Shown piece after piece: positions 1 to 10,213 of a DNA stretch of 64,000 nucleotides. Location of the stretch: positions 124,001-188,000 of the IMG/VR virus record IMGVR_UViG_3300027969_000039; one strand, 5' to 3'. A program made the position numbers and the translations under genes. Within the stretch, counting starts at the first letter, position 1; each line of letters starts with the position of its first letter. The notes below the pieces were generated by a model, which saw only the letters and a list, made by a program, of their open reading frames with translations, was not told where the DNA came from and ran no database searches.

Positions 1-60
1 TGGCATCTTTGCTTCTGGTTCAGACTCAATTTCTTCTAATAATTCTCGTATACGCATCAT
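1..60 (-). CDS. Partial ORF (N-terminus MMRIRELLEEIESEPEAKMP...), possible head-associated protein
   Basis: Manual translation; ATG at 60 just downstream of a TAAATA late-type motif; runs off the window edge. Confidence 0.5.
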   Translation of the reverse strand, partial: MMRIRELLEEIESEPEAKMP

Positions 61-142
61 TATATTTATCTGTACAGTATAGGAACGATTTTATAGCTAA
101 ATACATAGTACAACAATAATAACAATAATAAGGAGTACAAAA

Positions 143-310
143 ATGGTAACAAAAAAAGTTACTACTAGGCGAAAAGTAGTCGAGCCGCCTCCCCCTCCAT
201 CAGTAAAGAGTTTCCCGACCGCTGCCTTAGGTGTAGGTATGGTTATCCTAACTAATTACCAAGCAGAAGTAAAGCAAGCACTAGGATTAATAATGAAAGC
301 ATTAACATGA
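143..310 (+). CDS. 55-aa hypothetical protein (MVTKKVTTRRKVVEPPPPP...), not in ORF track
   Basis: AGGAG RBS, ATG at 143, stop overlaps next start (ATGA). Confidence 0.7.
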   Translation: MVTKKVTTRRKVVEPPPPPSVKSFPTAALGVGMVILTNYQAEVKQALGLIMKALT

Positions 311-1050
311 AAATATTAGATAAAATTTTAGAATTTAAGAGAACTCCATATGTTATTGCAGGGGTTATATTTGTAAGCAGTTTGGCTGTTCTTAGTTGTT
401 TCAAAAGTGCAGAAACGCAACTAACCACACTAAATCATGCTGCTTCTCTCACTCGCACTATGGCTAAATCGTCAGATGATTTGACTAATTATGCTAGATT
501 TTTCGTGACGACCAAGAATGAACAATGGAGAACAGAATTCAATAATGTGCTTAAAATCCGAAACGGAGAAGTAGCGGATGATAAGGGTGTGACAAAATCA
601 TTCAAAGACAGAGTAAAAGAAGTACCGTTTTTACAGACCGAATTAGATCAGTTATTAAAAGCAGAACAACTAAGCAACAATCTCGCTAAACTAGAAGTTG
701 AAGCGTTCGCATGGATAGATAAGGGTAAGCCTGAATTGAATTTTGACATAATGATGCACCATTACACAGAAGCACAGATGTTGATGTTTGGAGATGATTA
801 CAAAAAATACAAGAAAGAGATCGTTGTCACTACGGATGAATTCTATGTGATGGTGGTAAGCAGATTACAATCAGAATATATGTTCTATATGACAGCAGCA
901 TGGACGATGATCATTGTCATAAATCTAAGTTTGATTTTATTAGTGATGGTTATCAAGCATAAAGAAGTAGTTGATAAAAAACCGGTTAGAAAAGTTATTA
1001 AAAAGATACCGGTAAAAAAGCCAGCAGTTAAAAAAATTATTAAGGAGTAA
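307..1050 (+). CDS. Two-TM membrane protein with chemoreceptor/histidine-kinase-like periplasmic sensor domain and no signalling domain
   Basis: SSDDLTNYARFFVTT...FNNVLKIRNG and LxKAEQLSNNLAKLExEAF resemble MCP/HK periplasmic domains; Lys-rich short C-tail. Confidence 0.55.
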   Translation: MKILDKILEFKRTPYVIAGVIFVSSLAVLSCFKSAETQLTTLNHAASLTRTMAKSSDDLTNYARFFVTTKNEQWRTEFNNVLKIRNGEVADDKGVTKSFKDRVKEVPFLQTELDQLLKAEQLSNNLAKLEVEAFAWIDKGKPELNFDIMMHHYTEAQMLMFGDDYKKYKKEIVVTTDEFYVMVVSRLQSEYMFYMTAAWTMIIVINLSLILLVMVIKHKEVVDKKPVRKVIKKIPVKKPAVKKIIKE

Positions 1051-1053
1051 AAA

Positions 1054-1575
1054 ATGGCAGAATCACGCAGCGAGAGAGAGGCACACATCAAAGATAGAGC
1101 CGGATGGACTATCACAGTAATAGCAGCATTATTAGCAGTTAACACATATATTGCTAATGGAATCAGTGGTAGTGTATTGACTAACACTATCAAAGCTAAC
1201 GATACTTGGAACTTTTATCAAGCAAAAAGCATCAAACAGACTATAGCAGAAAATGCTAGAGATGATGCTATCGCCCGCAAAGATACTAAGAAAGTTGAAC
1301 AATTGACTGCTAAGATCGACCGTTATGAGAGCGATCCAGTCAAGAATGAAGGTAAGAAAGAACTCATGGAAAAAGCTAGAAAGTTAGAAGCTGAAAGAGA
1401 TGAGGCAAAACAACATAGTCCATGGTTAACATTTGCTGGATCAACATTACAACTTAGTATCGTATTATTATCTGCTAGTATTTTAGCAGTTAGTATGGGA
1501 ATGTTTTACTCTAGCATTGGTGTAGGATTGATTGGTGCAATATTGATGAGCCAAGGCATTTGGATGTGGATGTAA
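1054..1575 (+). CDS. DUF4337-like membrane protein
   Basis: ANDTWNFYQAKSIKQ motif, N- and C-terminal TM helices, AGGAG RBS. Confidence 0.65.
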   Translation: MAESRSEREAHIKDRAGWTITVIAALLAVNTYIANGISGSVLTNTIKANDTWNFYQAKSIKQTIAENARDDAIARKDTKKVEQLTAKIDRYESDPVKNEGKKELMEKARKLEAERDEAKQHSPWLTFAGSTLQLSIVLLSASILAVSMGMFYSSIGVGLIGAILMSQGIWMWM

Positions 1576-1585
1576 GGCCATACTT

Positions 1586-1828
1586 ATGGCTAACATGGTA
1601 TGGTCTATCGCAATAATCAGTGCAGGGATTGTATCGCCGGTTATACAGCAGATTGGATATTTTCAAGATGAGGCTACTTGTCAAAGAAGCCTAACCGACC
1701 TTAAATCACAGATACCTGTACAACATAAAATGGTATGTGTACAATACCCAGAACCTCCGCCACCTCCACCGCCTCCTCCACCAACCCCTAAGTCACAATC
1801 ACTTAATTCTAAGGATGCACGAAAATGA
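1586..1828 (+). CDS. Small secreted/membrane protein with poly-Pro tract
   Basis: Hydrophobic N-terminus, two Cys, PEPPPPPPPPPPTP; in-operon overlap. Confidence 0.6.
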   Translation: MANMVWSIAIISAGIVSPVIQQIGYFQDEATCQRSLTDLKSQIPVQHKMVCVQYPEPPPPPPPPPPTPKSQSLNSKDARK

Positions 1829-2316
1829 TCGATCCGTTCACCGCATTTGCGATAGCACAAGCAACAGTGGCCGGAATAAAGAAAGCAGTTGCATTGGGAA
1901 AAGATATAAACGGCCTCATAAACGAATTTAGCAAATTCTATAATTCTGCTGATGAGGTACATAATGCTAGTGTCAAATTAAAAGTACAAAGCATCAGGAT
2001 GAGTGATGCTCAAATTAATTCCCAAGCGTTACAAATGGCTATGCACTCCCGAGCATTGAGGCAATATGAGAAAGAACTGAAAGATATACTATTCTGGTCT
2101 GGCAACGCAGAAGTCTATTATGAGATGCAAGCTGAACGCAGGAGATTGATGGAAGAACGCCAAGCAGAAGATAGACGCATAGAAGAACAGAAGCAAAAAG
2201 ACCGTGAAGCCAAAGCAAGAGCCATCATGGGAACATTATGGATCATGGGTTCTCTATGCATCATCGCACCACTAATAACTATTACATTCCAAGTGATAAC
2301 TAATAAAGGTTTTTAA
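1825..2316 (+). CDS. Phage hypothetical protein, coiled coil with C-terminal TM
   Basis: MIDPFTAFAIAQATVAGIKK N-terminus of a type common in aquatic phages. Confidence 0.65.
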   Translation: MIDPFTAFAIAQATVAGIKKAVALGKDINGLINEFSKFYNSADEVHNASVKLKVQSIRMSDAQINSQALQMAMHSRALRQYEKELKDILFWSGNAEVYYEMQAERRRLMEERQAEDRRIEEQKQKDREAKARAIMGTLWIMGSLCIIAPLITITFQVITNKGF

Positions 2317-2353
2317 CTTAACATAAATATTAGAGTATTAAAGAGGAATAATA

Positions 2354-5300
2354 ATGGCAAATAGATTTTGGGTAGGAGGGTCAGGAACTTGGAGTACAAC
2401 TGCTACTACTAACTGGTCAGCAACTTCGGGCGGAACGGCTGGCGCAAGCGTTCCGACAGCCGCAGATAGTGTTTTCTTTGACCAAGCTGCTACTTATAAT
2501 GTCACAATGACAGGTGCATTAACATGCTTAGATATTACCATTAGTGCCGGTGTGGTTTTACTTATTACTGGTACTGCGCCCACATTGACAGTATCCGGTT
2601 CTATGACATTATCTAACACTACTGCTTGGTCTATCACTGGTCTTCTAACATTTAACTCTACAAGTGCAGGTAGAACAATAACTACCAATAACACAACGAT
2701 ATCTTCCCCAATAACATTTTCTGGTGTAGGTGGTGTATGGAGTTTAGGCGGTAATTTAACTACTACTAGTACTATTACCACAACATTGACTAACGGTACA
2801 ATAAACTTAAATGGGTTTGATTTAACTACTGGTATATTTAATAGTCAAAATGCTAACACTCGTGCAATAACATTTGGTAGTAATTTTATTTACCTAGTAC
2901 ATCCTACCGCAGCAACAACTGTATTAAATATAGGAAATACTGGTATTACTTATACAGGAACTGGTGGTTTTAGCACAGCAATGACAGTTACCAGGACATT
3001 TACTGCTACAACTACCCCGACTGTTACGGGAGGTGTTCCACTTTATATTACATCTGGCACCTCAGCAGTTACATTTACAGCGAGTTCTTGGTTTACACTT
3101 TTAAATTTTAATGGCTATACTGGTACTGCCTCAGGAACGATATTTGCTAAAGACCTTACATTAAGTTCTGGCGGAACTTACACAGGTATCGTATTAACTA
3201 CGTACGGTACAGGATCATTAAATGCTAACGGAAGCACAACTGGTATAGGTGCCCTAACACTTGGCGTAGCTACTCCTAACCCAACTGTAACTACACTGGC
3301 AACTAATTTTAATTGCTCTACTTATACCCAATCAGTAGCGACTGCAACATTTAATATAAATGGATTTACTTTAACTTGTTCAACTACAGCTAATTATAAT
3401 GCTGGTACTTTATCAATAAATGCAGGTACTATAAATTGCACAACATTCCAAACTGGTGATAGTTTTACTCTTAACAGTGGTACTATAAATCCATCTGTTT
3501 CTTTTGTTGCGAACTTTGGTGCACCTAGTGCAACATTCACTTATTCACCAGGCGGCACTTTAACAGCAGTTCCTACTTTTACTCAGCAAAATGGTACTGT
3601 TGTTTTAAATCAAAATCTTACATTGGCTCAAAATGGAACTTATACTTTTTCTCTAGTCGCTGCAAGTGGTGTACTAACACTAAACAATAACACATTATCA
3701 ACCGGTGGATTTGTTCGTACAGTATCTGGTGCAAATACTATAAATTTTGGAACTAGTGGACAAATATTGTTAACCGGAAACAACATGACTGTTTGGGGAG
3801 TTACTGGTGCGTTGATAACCACAACAGGTACGGTGTCCATAAACAGCACATACACTGGTAGTGTTGGCACTAGAACTTTTAGTTTTTACCTAGTTTCGCA
3901 GTTCAACGTTGCTATAGGGTCTGGAACTGGCAATACCATGTATTTAGCGTCTGGTGCAACAGATACGGTAACATTACTTGGCGGCATGAACTCAGTTGAT
4001 TTAACTGGAATGACCTTTACACTATCTCAATCCAGTGCATGTACAATAGCGGGACCTTCTTTTATTATACCTGCAACAGGGGGTACAGTAAGTCCAGGCA
4101 CAGGTCTGATTGAATTTAATGGCGCTGCTGTTGGTATATCTGTAAACAGAGCAATTGATAATCCTTTGTCTTTTACTAGTGGTTCTGTATGCACATTACT
4201 TGCTAACTTAACAACTGGTAGTACTAGATCATCAACGATGAACAGTGCCACATTACGTCTTAACGGGTATCAATTGACAACTGGCACATTTGCAGCCACA
4301 ATTGCTAGTACAAGAACAATAGCGTTTGGTACCACTGGAGTAATCAATGTAACTGGTACTGGTACTGTTTGGAACACAGGAACTATTACTCTTTTAACTA
4401 TTACTGGTATTCCCGTTGTCAATGTGACTAGTACTGGTAGCACTGCAATTACTGTTGCATCTGGGGCATTGCCAGAAGCACAAGCAATAAGTTTCAACTT
4501 TACTGGTGGAACATATGCATTAACTTTCTTAGGTACAGCAGGTTATACTGCAAAAAATGTAGACTTTACCGGGTTTGCAGGATCATGGACCTTAAGTACA
4601 GACAACACCATATATGGAAATTGGAAATATTCTACTGGAATGACCGTTACAACTGCACCAAATAGTTTAGTATTTGGCGCTACAATTGGTAATACACAAA
4701 TAATGACCAGTAATGGCAAAACAACAAATACAATAAAACTTACAGGTGGCGGGATTGTTGGTTTGGCAGACCCATTGACATTAAGTTCTGACATACTAGT
4801 AGAAGCTGGTACATTTAATTCAAACAATTATGATATATCTACTGTTAGAATTAGTTCGTATACTACTACTACAACTAGAGCAATAAATTTAGGTAGTTCT
4901 ATAGTTACAATGAGTGGTTTATTTCGTGTAAACACAATTGGATTAACATTTAATGCCGGTACAAGTACAATAGCTTATACAGGCACAAATAGTTTGACTG
5001 TAGAAAATGGATCAGTCATTGGTTTAACTTTTTACAATTTTACTAATACTACTATGGGTCCTAGTAACATTGGTATTACAGGAAAAAATACATTTAATAA
5101 TTTAACATTACCTACATCTACTTCTACTTCTGCTATATATACATTTGCTAATGATATAATAGTCAATGGTAATTTGACTATCCCTACTCCACAATCTAAT
5201 GTAAATGATGATAATAAATTAGTCGTAGCATCTGCTACCATTGGAAATCAAGTTAAAATAACTGTTAATGGTCAAATATCATCACTTACTAAAATCTTTT

Positions 5301-8300
5301 TTAGAGACATTAATGCACAAGGCAAATGGTTACCATGGGTTGGTGATCGCTTAGGCAATATAAGCAATAATAATAATATTTCATTTACTCCCGGTAGAAA
5401 TAAGTATTGGAGTTTAGCTGGTGGTGGTAATGCCACACAAGTTGCTTGGGCATTAACTTCAGGCGGAACACCGGCTGCTGCTAATTATCCTTTACCACAA
5501 GATACTATTATCATAGATAATAATGGGTTGAATACAAGTGCATCAATAACTTTTAATTCGGCTATATATTTTACTAGTATAAACATGGCAAGTAGAACCA
5601 ATGCTTTTACACTTGGTATTACTAATGGCGAGAATGTCTATGTTTCAGGAGATTGGACAAATGGTTCAGGGTTAACAAGTGTAACTAATGTGGGCGGAAA
5701 AATAAATTTTAATAACAGTCTACCGGGTTATGTTCAAAGTATAACAAGTGCAGGTAAATTGTTTAGTTCACAAATTTATATTAACACAGTTGGAATAGTT
5801 CGACTACTAGACAATTTTGATCAAGACTCGTTAGTTGGAGTTCAAGGATTTGAACTTACGAAAGGCACACTTACTCTTAACGGGTTTAGTTTAAATACTG
5901 CACAATTTAACTCAAGTTTTACAAATGTCCGTACTATTAATTTTGGTTCAACTTTTATAAATGTTACTCATCCTACAGCAGGAACTTCCGTAATAGCTAT
6001 GTCCAATGCCACTAACTTTAGTGCAACTGGTACCGGTGGCTTTAGAGCAAACATGTCAGTAACTAGAACATTTAATTGTGGCACAGGTGGTGCACCTACA
6101 GTAGCACCAAACTTGTTTATATTTACTGGTGCAAGTATACCTACTATTAGTAGTGGTAGTTATTTTAATACAATAGACTTCACCGGTAGTACTTGCTCAC
6201 CAGCAACATCAACAGTTAATGTTGTCAATGCAACATTAGCAACTGGAGTTGGAGTTTTTACTGGACTAACATTGAATTGTAGCAGTAGTGGAACAATAAC
6301 AACTAATGCAAAAACAATAGCAGCAGTTACTTTATTGTCAGGAAGTCCACAAATATCTGGAACATGTACTTGTACGACATTCACAGTTAATGGTGGAACG
6401 CTTACTGCTTGGGGCGGTACAATTGTACCAACTGGTAGTTTTATTGTTACTACTGGTAATGTATACTTAAGCAATGGCGGTACATTAACCGTGACTACGA
6501 TTACTCAAAACGGTGGTGGTGTATATCTAACTGCAAGTTTTACGATGACTGCTGGAACTAGTACATACACATTCAATGCAGGTACATTAAGTATATACAA
6601 TACACAAAGTAATCAAACATTATCAGTTGGTAGATTTATTTCTAACGGCACTGGCGTTCGTTTTTTACAAATTTATGGATATATAAGATTAACAAACACA
6701 ACGGCAGCAGCAACAGCAGTTGATATGGCAAATACAACTAACTTGATAGTTGATTATGGTACATTCTATAGTCCATCTGCTGGATTCTTAACATCTGGTA
6801 CAGTAGCACAAACATATACAATAGGAACGACTGGCGGTAACGTAAACAATGCAATAAGTATACAATGGGATAGTGGTGGAACAGCAGTACCTACGATAAC
6901 GACTGGTAGCTGGTTCGCTAACTTTAATCCAAGCGCAGCAGGCGCATTCACGATACTTGCTACTACTATTAACATAGCAAACTCAGTGACATTAAGTAGT
7001 GCTGGAACTTGGACAAACTGTTCGTTCAACTTGCGCGGCACTGGGACTTTCAATAGTAATACTAAAAGCTGTGCTACACTAACTCTTAATAGTGTTGGAG
7101 CATATAGTTTAGCTGGTTCAGGTCTACTATGTGTAACCTATCAACAGACAGCAGGTTCATTCTTCTGTGGTAATAATTTGACTTGTAGTGGCACTGCTAC
7201 TTTCAGTGGTGGTAGTTTTGGTATATCAAATGGCACATTAGCCTGTACAACATTTACAGTTAACGGTGGAACTCATGTTTGGGCAGGTGGTAATGGAACA
7301 TTAACAGCGTCGGTTGGTATTGTTGTGTCAGCAGGTTCATTCACATACAGTACCGGTACGATAACTGCGACACCAGCGTGGACTATATCGGGTACTGGTT
7401 CAGTAACATTTAACAATAGTTACTCGTTGACTGCGACTGGTACCTTCACTTTAACAGCTGGTACTTTAATACTTGCCCCAGGAGTAACTTTAACAGTTGG
7501 TATTTTTACTAGTAATGCTTCTGGTACACGTAATATTCAATTTGGTGATTCATTCACCGCAGGTAATATCTCACTAGCACATACGACAGCAGGACAAACT
7601 TGCATAGGTATGACCAATCTTACTGGTTTTACTTGGTCTGGAGCAGGTGGATTTGTTTCTGCGATGACTGTCGCTAGAACTTTTGGTGCAGGTGGAACGG
7701 GTGGAGCTACCGCAACTAATGCTCCCCCATTAACTATTACGGGAGGTTCGGCTGTAATAACATTTAATTTTCCTAGTTATTGGTCAAGACTCAATTTAAC
7801 TGGTTTTGCCGGCGTGGGTGCCGCTTCACTTCAAGGTGGCGCGCAAAACGTGACCGGTGATGTCGTTGTTGGAGCCAGTGGAAGTTATGTTCCAGGTTTT
7901 GAGTTTTTTGGAGGAAATAATACACTTACCACAAATGGTAAAATAATGGGTTCCTTGACAATATCGGGCGGTAATACTACATTGAAGGATGCATACACAG
8001 GTAATGCAACTTCAGGTTTGAGTCTCACCGGTGGAAATCTGTATACGCAGGGATTTCCTATAACAACGAATACATTTGGTGGTACCGGGGCAAATGTTAG
8101 AGGTATATTTGGAACTGGTCAAATATTTAATATTACCGGATCAGGTCTTAATCAACCTAGTCAATTTAGTGGTTCAAATTTAACAGTAAGTGGATTGATT
8201 CTTAATTATAGTAATGCTAGTGCAAAATTTGTTTCAGTTGGAAACGTCGGAAACCTTACTTTTGACTCAACAATTAATATAGGTGCAGGTCAATTGACTA

Positions 8301-8704
8301 TTACTGGTAACAGTACCGCTACTTTTAATAACATAACAAATTCAGTTCAACCATGCACTCTTACAATTGCTACCGGTCTCGGAACCCCAACATTTATTAA
8401 TTTCAATTTGCGTGGCACAGCAGGAAATTTAGTAACTATCAACTCAAATGTTGCGGGCACTCGTGCAACAATTCGTAAAGCTAGCGGCACAGTATATGGA
8501 GATTATCTATCTATCCAAGATATAAATGCGACCGGTGTAACCGGTCAGACCAATAGTGCTCCTACTTGGTATGCAGGACCCACTTCAACCAATGTAAGTA
8601 ACAATACAGGTTGGATATTCACGCGACTACCCATCATCTCAATGGGTAATGTATCCATCGATGCAAGCAATGGCGGCATTACTTTTGGCGACCAACCCGT
8701 TTAA
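2354..8704 (+). CDS. 2116-aa Gly/Thr/Ser/Asn-rich beta-solenoid-like fibre or adhesin, probably virion-associated
   Basis: NRFWVGGSGTW...NWSATSGG...VPTAADSVFFD start, internal repeats, very few charged residues, TAAATA motif and GAGG RBS upstream. Confidence 0.7.
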   Translation: MANRFWVGGSGTWSTTATTNWSATSGGTAGASVPTAADSVFFDQAATYNVTMTGALTCLDITISAGVVLLITGTAPTLTVSGSMTLSNTTAWSITGLLTFNSTSAGRTITTNNTTISSPITFSGVGGVWSLGGNLTTTSTITTTLTNGTINLNGFDLTTGIFNSQNANTRAITFGSNFIYLVHPTAATTVLNIGNTGITYTGTGGFSTAMTVTRTFTATTTPTVTGGVPLYITSGTSAVTFTASSWFTLLNFNGYTGTASGTIFAKDLTLSSGGTYTGIVLTTYGTGSLNANGSTTGIGALTLGVATPNPTVTTLATNFNCSTYTQSVATATFNINGFTLTCSTTANYNAGTLSINAGTINCTTFQTGDSFTLNSGTINPSVSFVANFGAPSATFTYSPGGTLTAVPTFTQQNGTVVLNQNLTLAQNGTYTFSLVAASGVLTLNNNTLSTGGFVRTVSGANTINFGTSGQILLTGNNMTVWGVTGALITTTGTVSINSTYTGSVGTRTFSFYLVSQFNVAIGSGTGNTMYLASGATDTVTLLGGMNSVDLTGMTFTLSQSSACTIAGPSFIIPATGGTVSPGTGLIEFNGAAVGISVNRAIDNPLSFTSGSVCTLLANLTTGSTRSSTMNSATLRLNGYQLTTGTFAATIASTRTIAFGTTGVINVTGTGTVWNTGTITLLTITGIPVVNVTSTGSTAITVASGALPEAQAISFNFTGGTYALTFLGTAGYTAKNVDFTGFAGSWTLSTDNTIYGNWKYSTGMTVTTAPNSLVFGATIGNTQIMTSNGKTTNTIKLTGGGIVGLADPLTLSSDILVEAGTFNSNNYDISTVRISSYTTTTTRAINLGSSIVTMSGLFRVNTIGLTFNAGTSTIAYTGTNSLTVENGSVIGLTFYNFTNTTMGPSNIGITGKNTFNNLTLPTSTSTSAIYTFANDIIVNGNLTIPTPQSNVNDDNKLVVASATIGNQVKITVNGQISSLTKIFFRDINAQGKWLPWVGDRLGNISNNNNISFTPGRNKYWSLAGGGNATQVAWALTSGGTPAAANYPLPQDTIIIDNNGLNTSASITFNSAIYFTSINMASRTNAFTLGITNGENVYVSGDWTNGSGLTSVTNVGGKINFNNSLPGYVQSITSAGKLFSSQIYINTVGIVRLLDNFDQDSLVGVQGFELTKGTLTLNGFSLNTAQFNSSFTNVRTINFGSTFINVTHPTAGTSVIAMSNATNFSATGTGGFRANMSVTRTFNCGTGGAPTVAPNLFIFTGASIPTISSGSYFNTIDFTGSTCSPATSTVNVVNATLATGVGVFTGLTLNCSSSGTITTNAKTIAAVTLLSGSPQISGTCTCTTFTVNGGTLTAWGGTIVPTGSFIVTTGNVYLSNGGTLTVTTITQNGGGVYLTASFTMTAGTSTYTFNAGTLSIYNTQSNQTLSVGRFISNGTGVRFLQIYGYIRLTNTTAAATAVDMANTTNLIVDYGTFYSPSAGFLTSGTVAQTYTIGTTGGNVNNAISIQWDSGGTAVPTITTGSWFANFNPSAAGAFTILATTINIANSVTLSSAGTWTNCSFNLRGTGTFNSNTKSCATLTLNSVGAYSLAGSGLLCVTYQQTAGSFFCGNNLTCSGTATFSGGSFGISNGTLACTTFTVNGGTHVWAGGNGTLTASVGIVVSAGSFTYSTGTITATPAWTISGTGSVTFNNSYSLTATGTFTLTAGTLILAPGVTLTVGIFTSNASGTRNIQFGDSFTAGNISLAHTTAGQTCIGMTNLTGFTWSGAGGFVSAMTVARTFGAGGTGGATATNAPPLTITGGSAVITFNFPSYWSRLNLTGFAGVGAASLQGGAQNVTGDVVVGASGSYVPGFEFFGGNNTLTTNGKIMGSLTISGGNTTLKDAYTGNATSGLSLTGGNLYTQGFPITTNTFGGTGANVRGIFGTGQIFNITGSGLNQPSQFSGSNLTVSGLILNYSNASAKFVSVGNVGNLTFDSTINIGAGQLTITGNSTATFNNITNSVQPCTLTIATGLGTPTFINFNLRGTAGNLVTINSNVAGTRATIRKASGTVYGDYLSIQDINATGVTGQTNSAPTWYAGPTSTNVSNNTGWIFTRLPIISMGNVSIDASNGGITFGDQPV

Positions 8705-8716
8705 CATAAATAAAAT

Positions 8717-9043
8717 ATGAAATACTTAACCATCACCTTACTATGCCTGTCCTTCCTACCCGTTTATGCACAAGATAAACCCGATGAAGTTGTAAATGTC
8801 AAAATAGAATGTTACAATACTATGAAGATATTCACAGAGTTACAGAAAACTTATAAAGAAATTCCTGTTATCCTAGGTAAGACTAGTGATGAAGCAGGTT
8901 CTACTATGACATTATGGATGAGTCCAAAAGAGAAAACTTGGACAATCATAGCAACTAAAGATAAACTTAGTTGTATTGTTGGAGCCGGCACTGAAGCTGA
9001 GTTCTCTCCTATCTTTATGAAAAAGAAAGATTTATTTAATTGA
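8717..9043 (+). CDS. Secreted hypothetical protein (paralog of 33749-34045)
   Basis: Signal peptide; C...KE...G...TWT...C pattern shared with 33749-34045. Confidence 0.65.
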   Translation: MKYLTITLLCLSFLPVYAQDKPDEVVNVKIECYNTMKIFTELQKTYKEIPVILGKTSDEAGSTMTLWMSPKEKTWTIIATKDKLSCIVGAGTEAEFSPIFMKKKDLFN

Positions 9044-9774
9044 AAAAATGTATCACAGCCTTACTGCTATGTGCTTCTTTTTGTGCTAATGCTTACCCCG
9101 CATTGACTGCACAAGCATGGTTAGTTGCTGATGACAATGGACTTATATTAGATGGTTCACACACTAAAGACGTTCGTTCTATTGCTAGCATAACTAAACT
9201 GATGACTAGCATAGTTGTATTGGATAGTGGACAATCATTAACTGAAACAATACCAAAGAAACTATACAATAGAACATTCACTCGACAAGAGTTACTCAAT
9301 CTAGCCATTATCAAATCAGATAACAATGCTGCTAGAATGCTTTGCGAATACTATCCGGGCGGTATGTTTAGATGCATTCAAGCAATGAATAATAAAGCTA
9401 CTGAATTAAAAATGCACAGTAGCAATTTCACTGACCCAACCGGGTTGCTTACTACCAATGTAAGCACCGCAGAAGATTTAGTTAAGTTGGTAATGGCAGC
9501 AAAGAATTACCCAACTATTACTAACGCAAGCAATACCTCAACCATTCAATGGCAAATTAACAAAAAGACTCGTGCTATCTTTCACAATACCAATGACCTA
9601 GTTGGCAAAGGCGTTGACTTTATAGTAAGTAAAACAGGATGGATAACCGCTAGCGGTGGCTGCATTGTTATGATGCTACACGGAGAGCAGGGAGTTAGGA
9701 CAGTTGTATTACTAGGTAGTAAGAATACAAAGACCCGTATACCAGAAGCGTATATGGTATCTAAATTACATTAA
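9040..9774 (+). CDS. D-Ala-D-Ala endopeptidase/carboxypeptidase (peptidase S11, PBP7/PbpG-like)
   Basis: SxxK (ASITK), SxN (SDN) and KTG motifs; signal peptide. Confidence 0.9.
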   Translation: MKKCITALLLCASFCANAYPALTAQAWLVADDNGLILDGSHTKDVRSIASITKLMTSIVVLDSGQSLTETIPKKLYNRTFTRQELLNLAIIKSDNNAARMLCEYYPGGMFRCIQAMNNKATELKMHSSNFTDPTGLLTTNVSTAEDLVKLVMAAKNYPTITNASNTSTIQWQINKKTRAIFHNTNDLVGKGVDFIVSKTGWITASGGCIVMMLHGEQGVRTVVLLGSKNTKTRIPEAYMVSKLH

Positions 9775-10025
9775 CGCTTTTTAGGCATGTAATCTACTCC
9801 TGCAATGGGAGTAAAGTCTTTGGTAAGATTGTTAATCATATCTTCACCGTACTTTAGTGTAATGAGGCTGAAATTTTGCTCATTACCTTCTTTGTGTATA
9901 CCGATCATTAAATGTCGATGCCATTTAATTTTTGTGGCAATGATTTTTTTGACAGAATTATCATTTAAGATATCATCAAAGTTATTATTTTCACGGAAAA
10001 AAGTATAGTATTTCATTGTTTCCAC
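9771..10025 (-). CDS. Hypothetical protein
   Basis: ORF in tightly packed minus-strand operon. Confidence 0.6.
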   Translation of the reverse strand: METMKYYTFFRENNNFDDILNDNSVKKIIATKIKWHRHLMIGIHKEGNEQNFSLITLKYGEDMINNLTKDFTPIAGVDYMPKKR

Positions 10026-10213
10026 AACACAAAGGCTGTATAGTCTCGTTCTTCTTCAAAGTAAAATTCGTACATGCCACCATCACTACCAGCTGGTACT
10101 ACACAATTGTAACCCCATTCGCCAATACAGTTTCTCTCTAACCAGCCTATCATTGGTCTTAGTTTGCCATAATCAATAATGATTTCAGCTTTGAGTTTCG
10201 TATTTAGTGACAA
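10013..10213 (-). CDS. Hypothetical protein
   Basis: C-terminal FYFEEERDYTAFVLW pattern typical of small jumbo-phage proteins. Confidence 0.6.
   Translation of the reverse strand: MSLNTKLKAEIIIDYGKLRPMIGWLERNCIGEWGYNCVVPAGSDGGMYEFYFEEERDYTAFVLWKQ

Noticed and set aside
2494-7053. Multiple minus-strand ORFs inside the 2116-aa gene
   Set aside because: Val/Pro-rich antisense shadows of Thr/Gly codon bias, with no RBS or motifs
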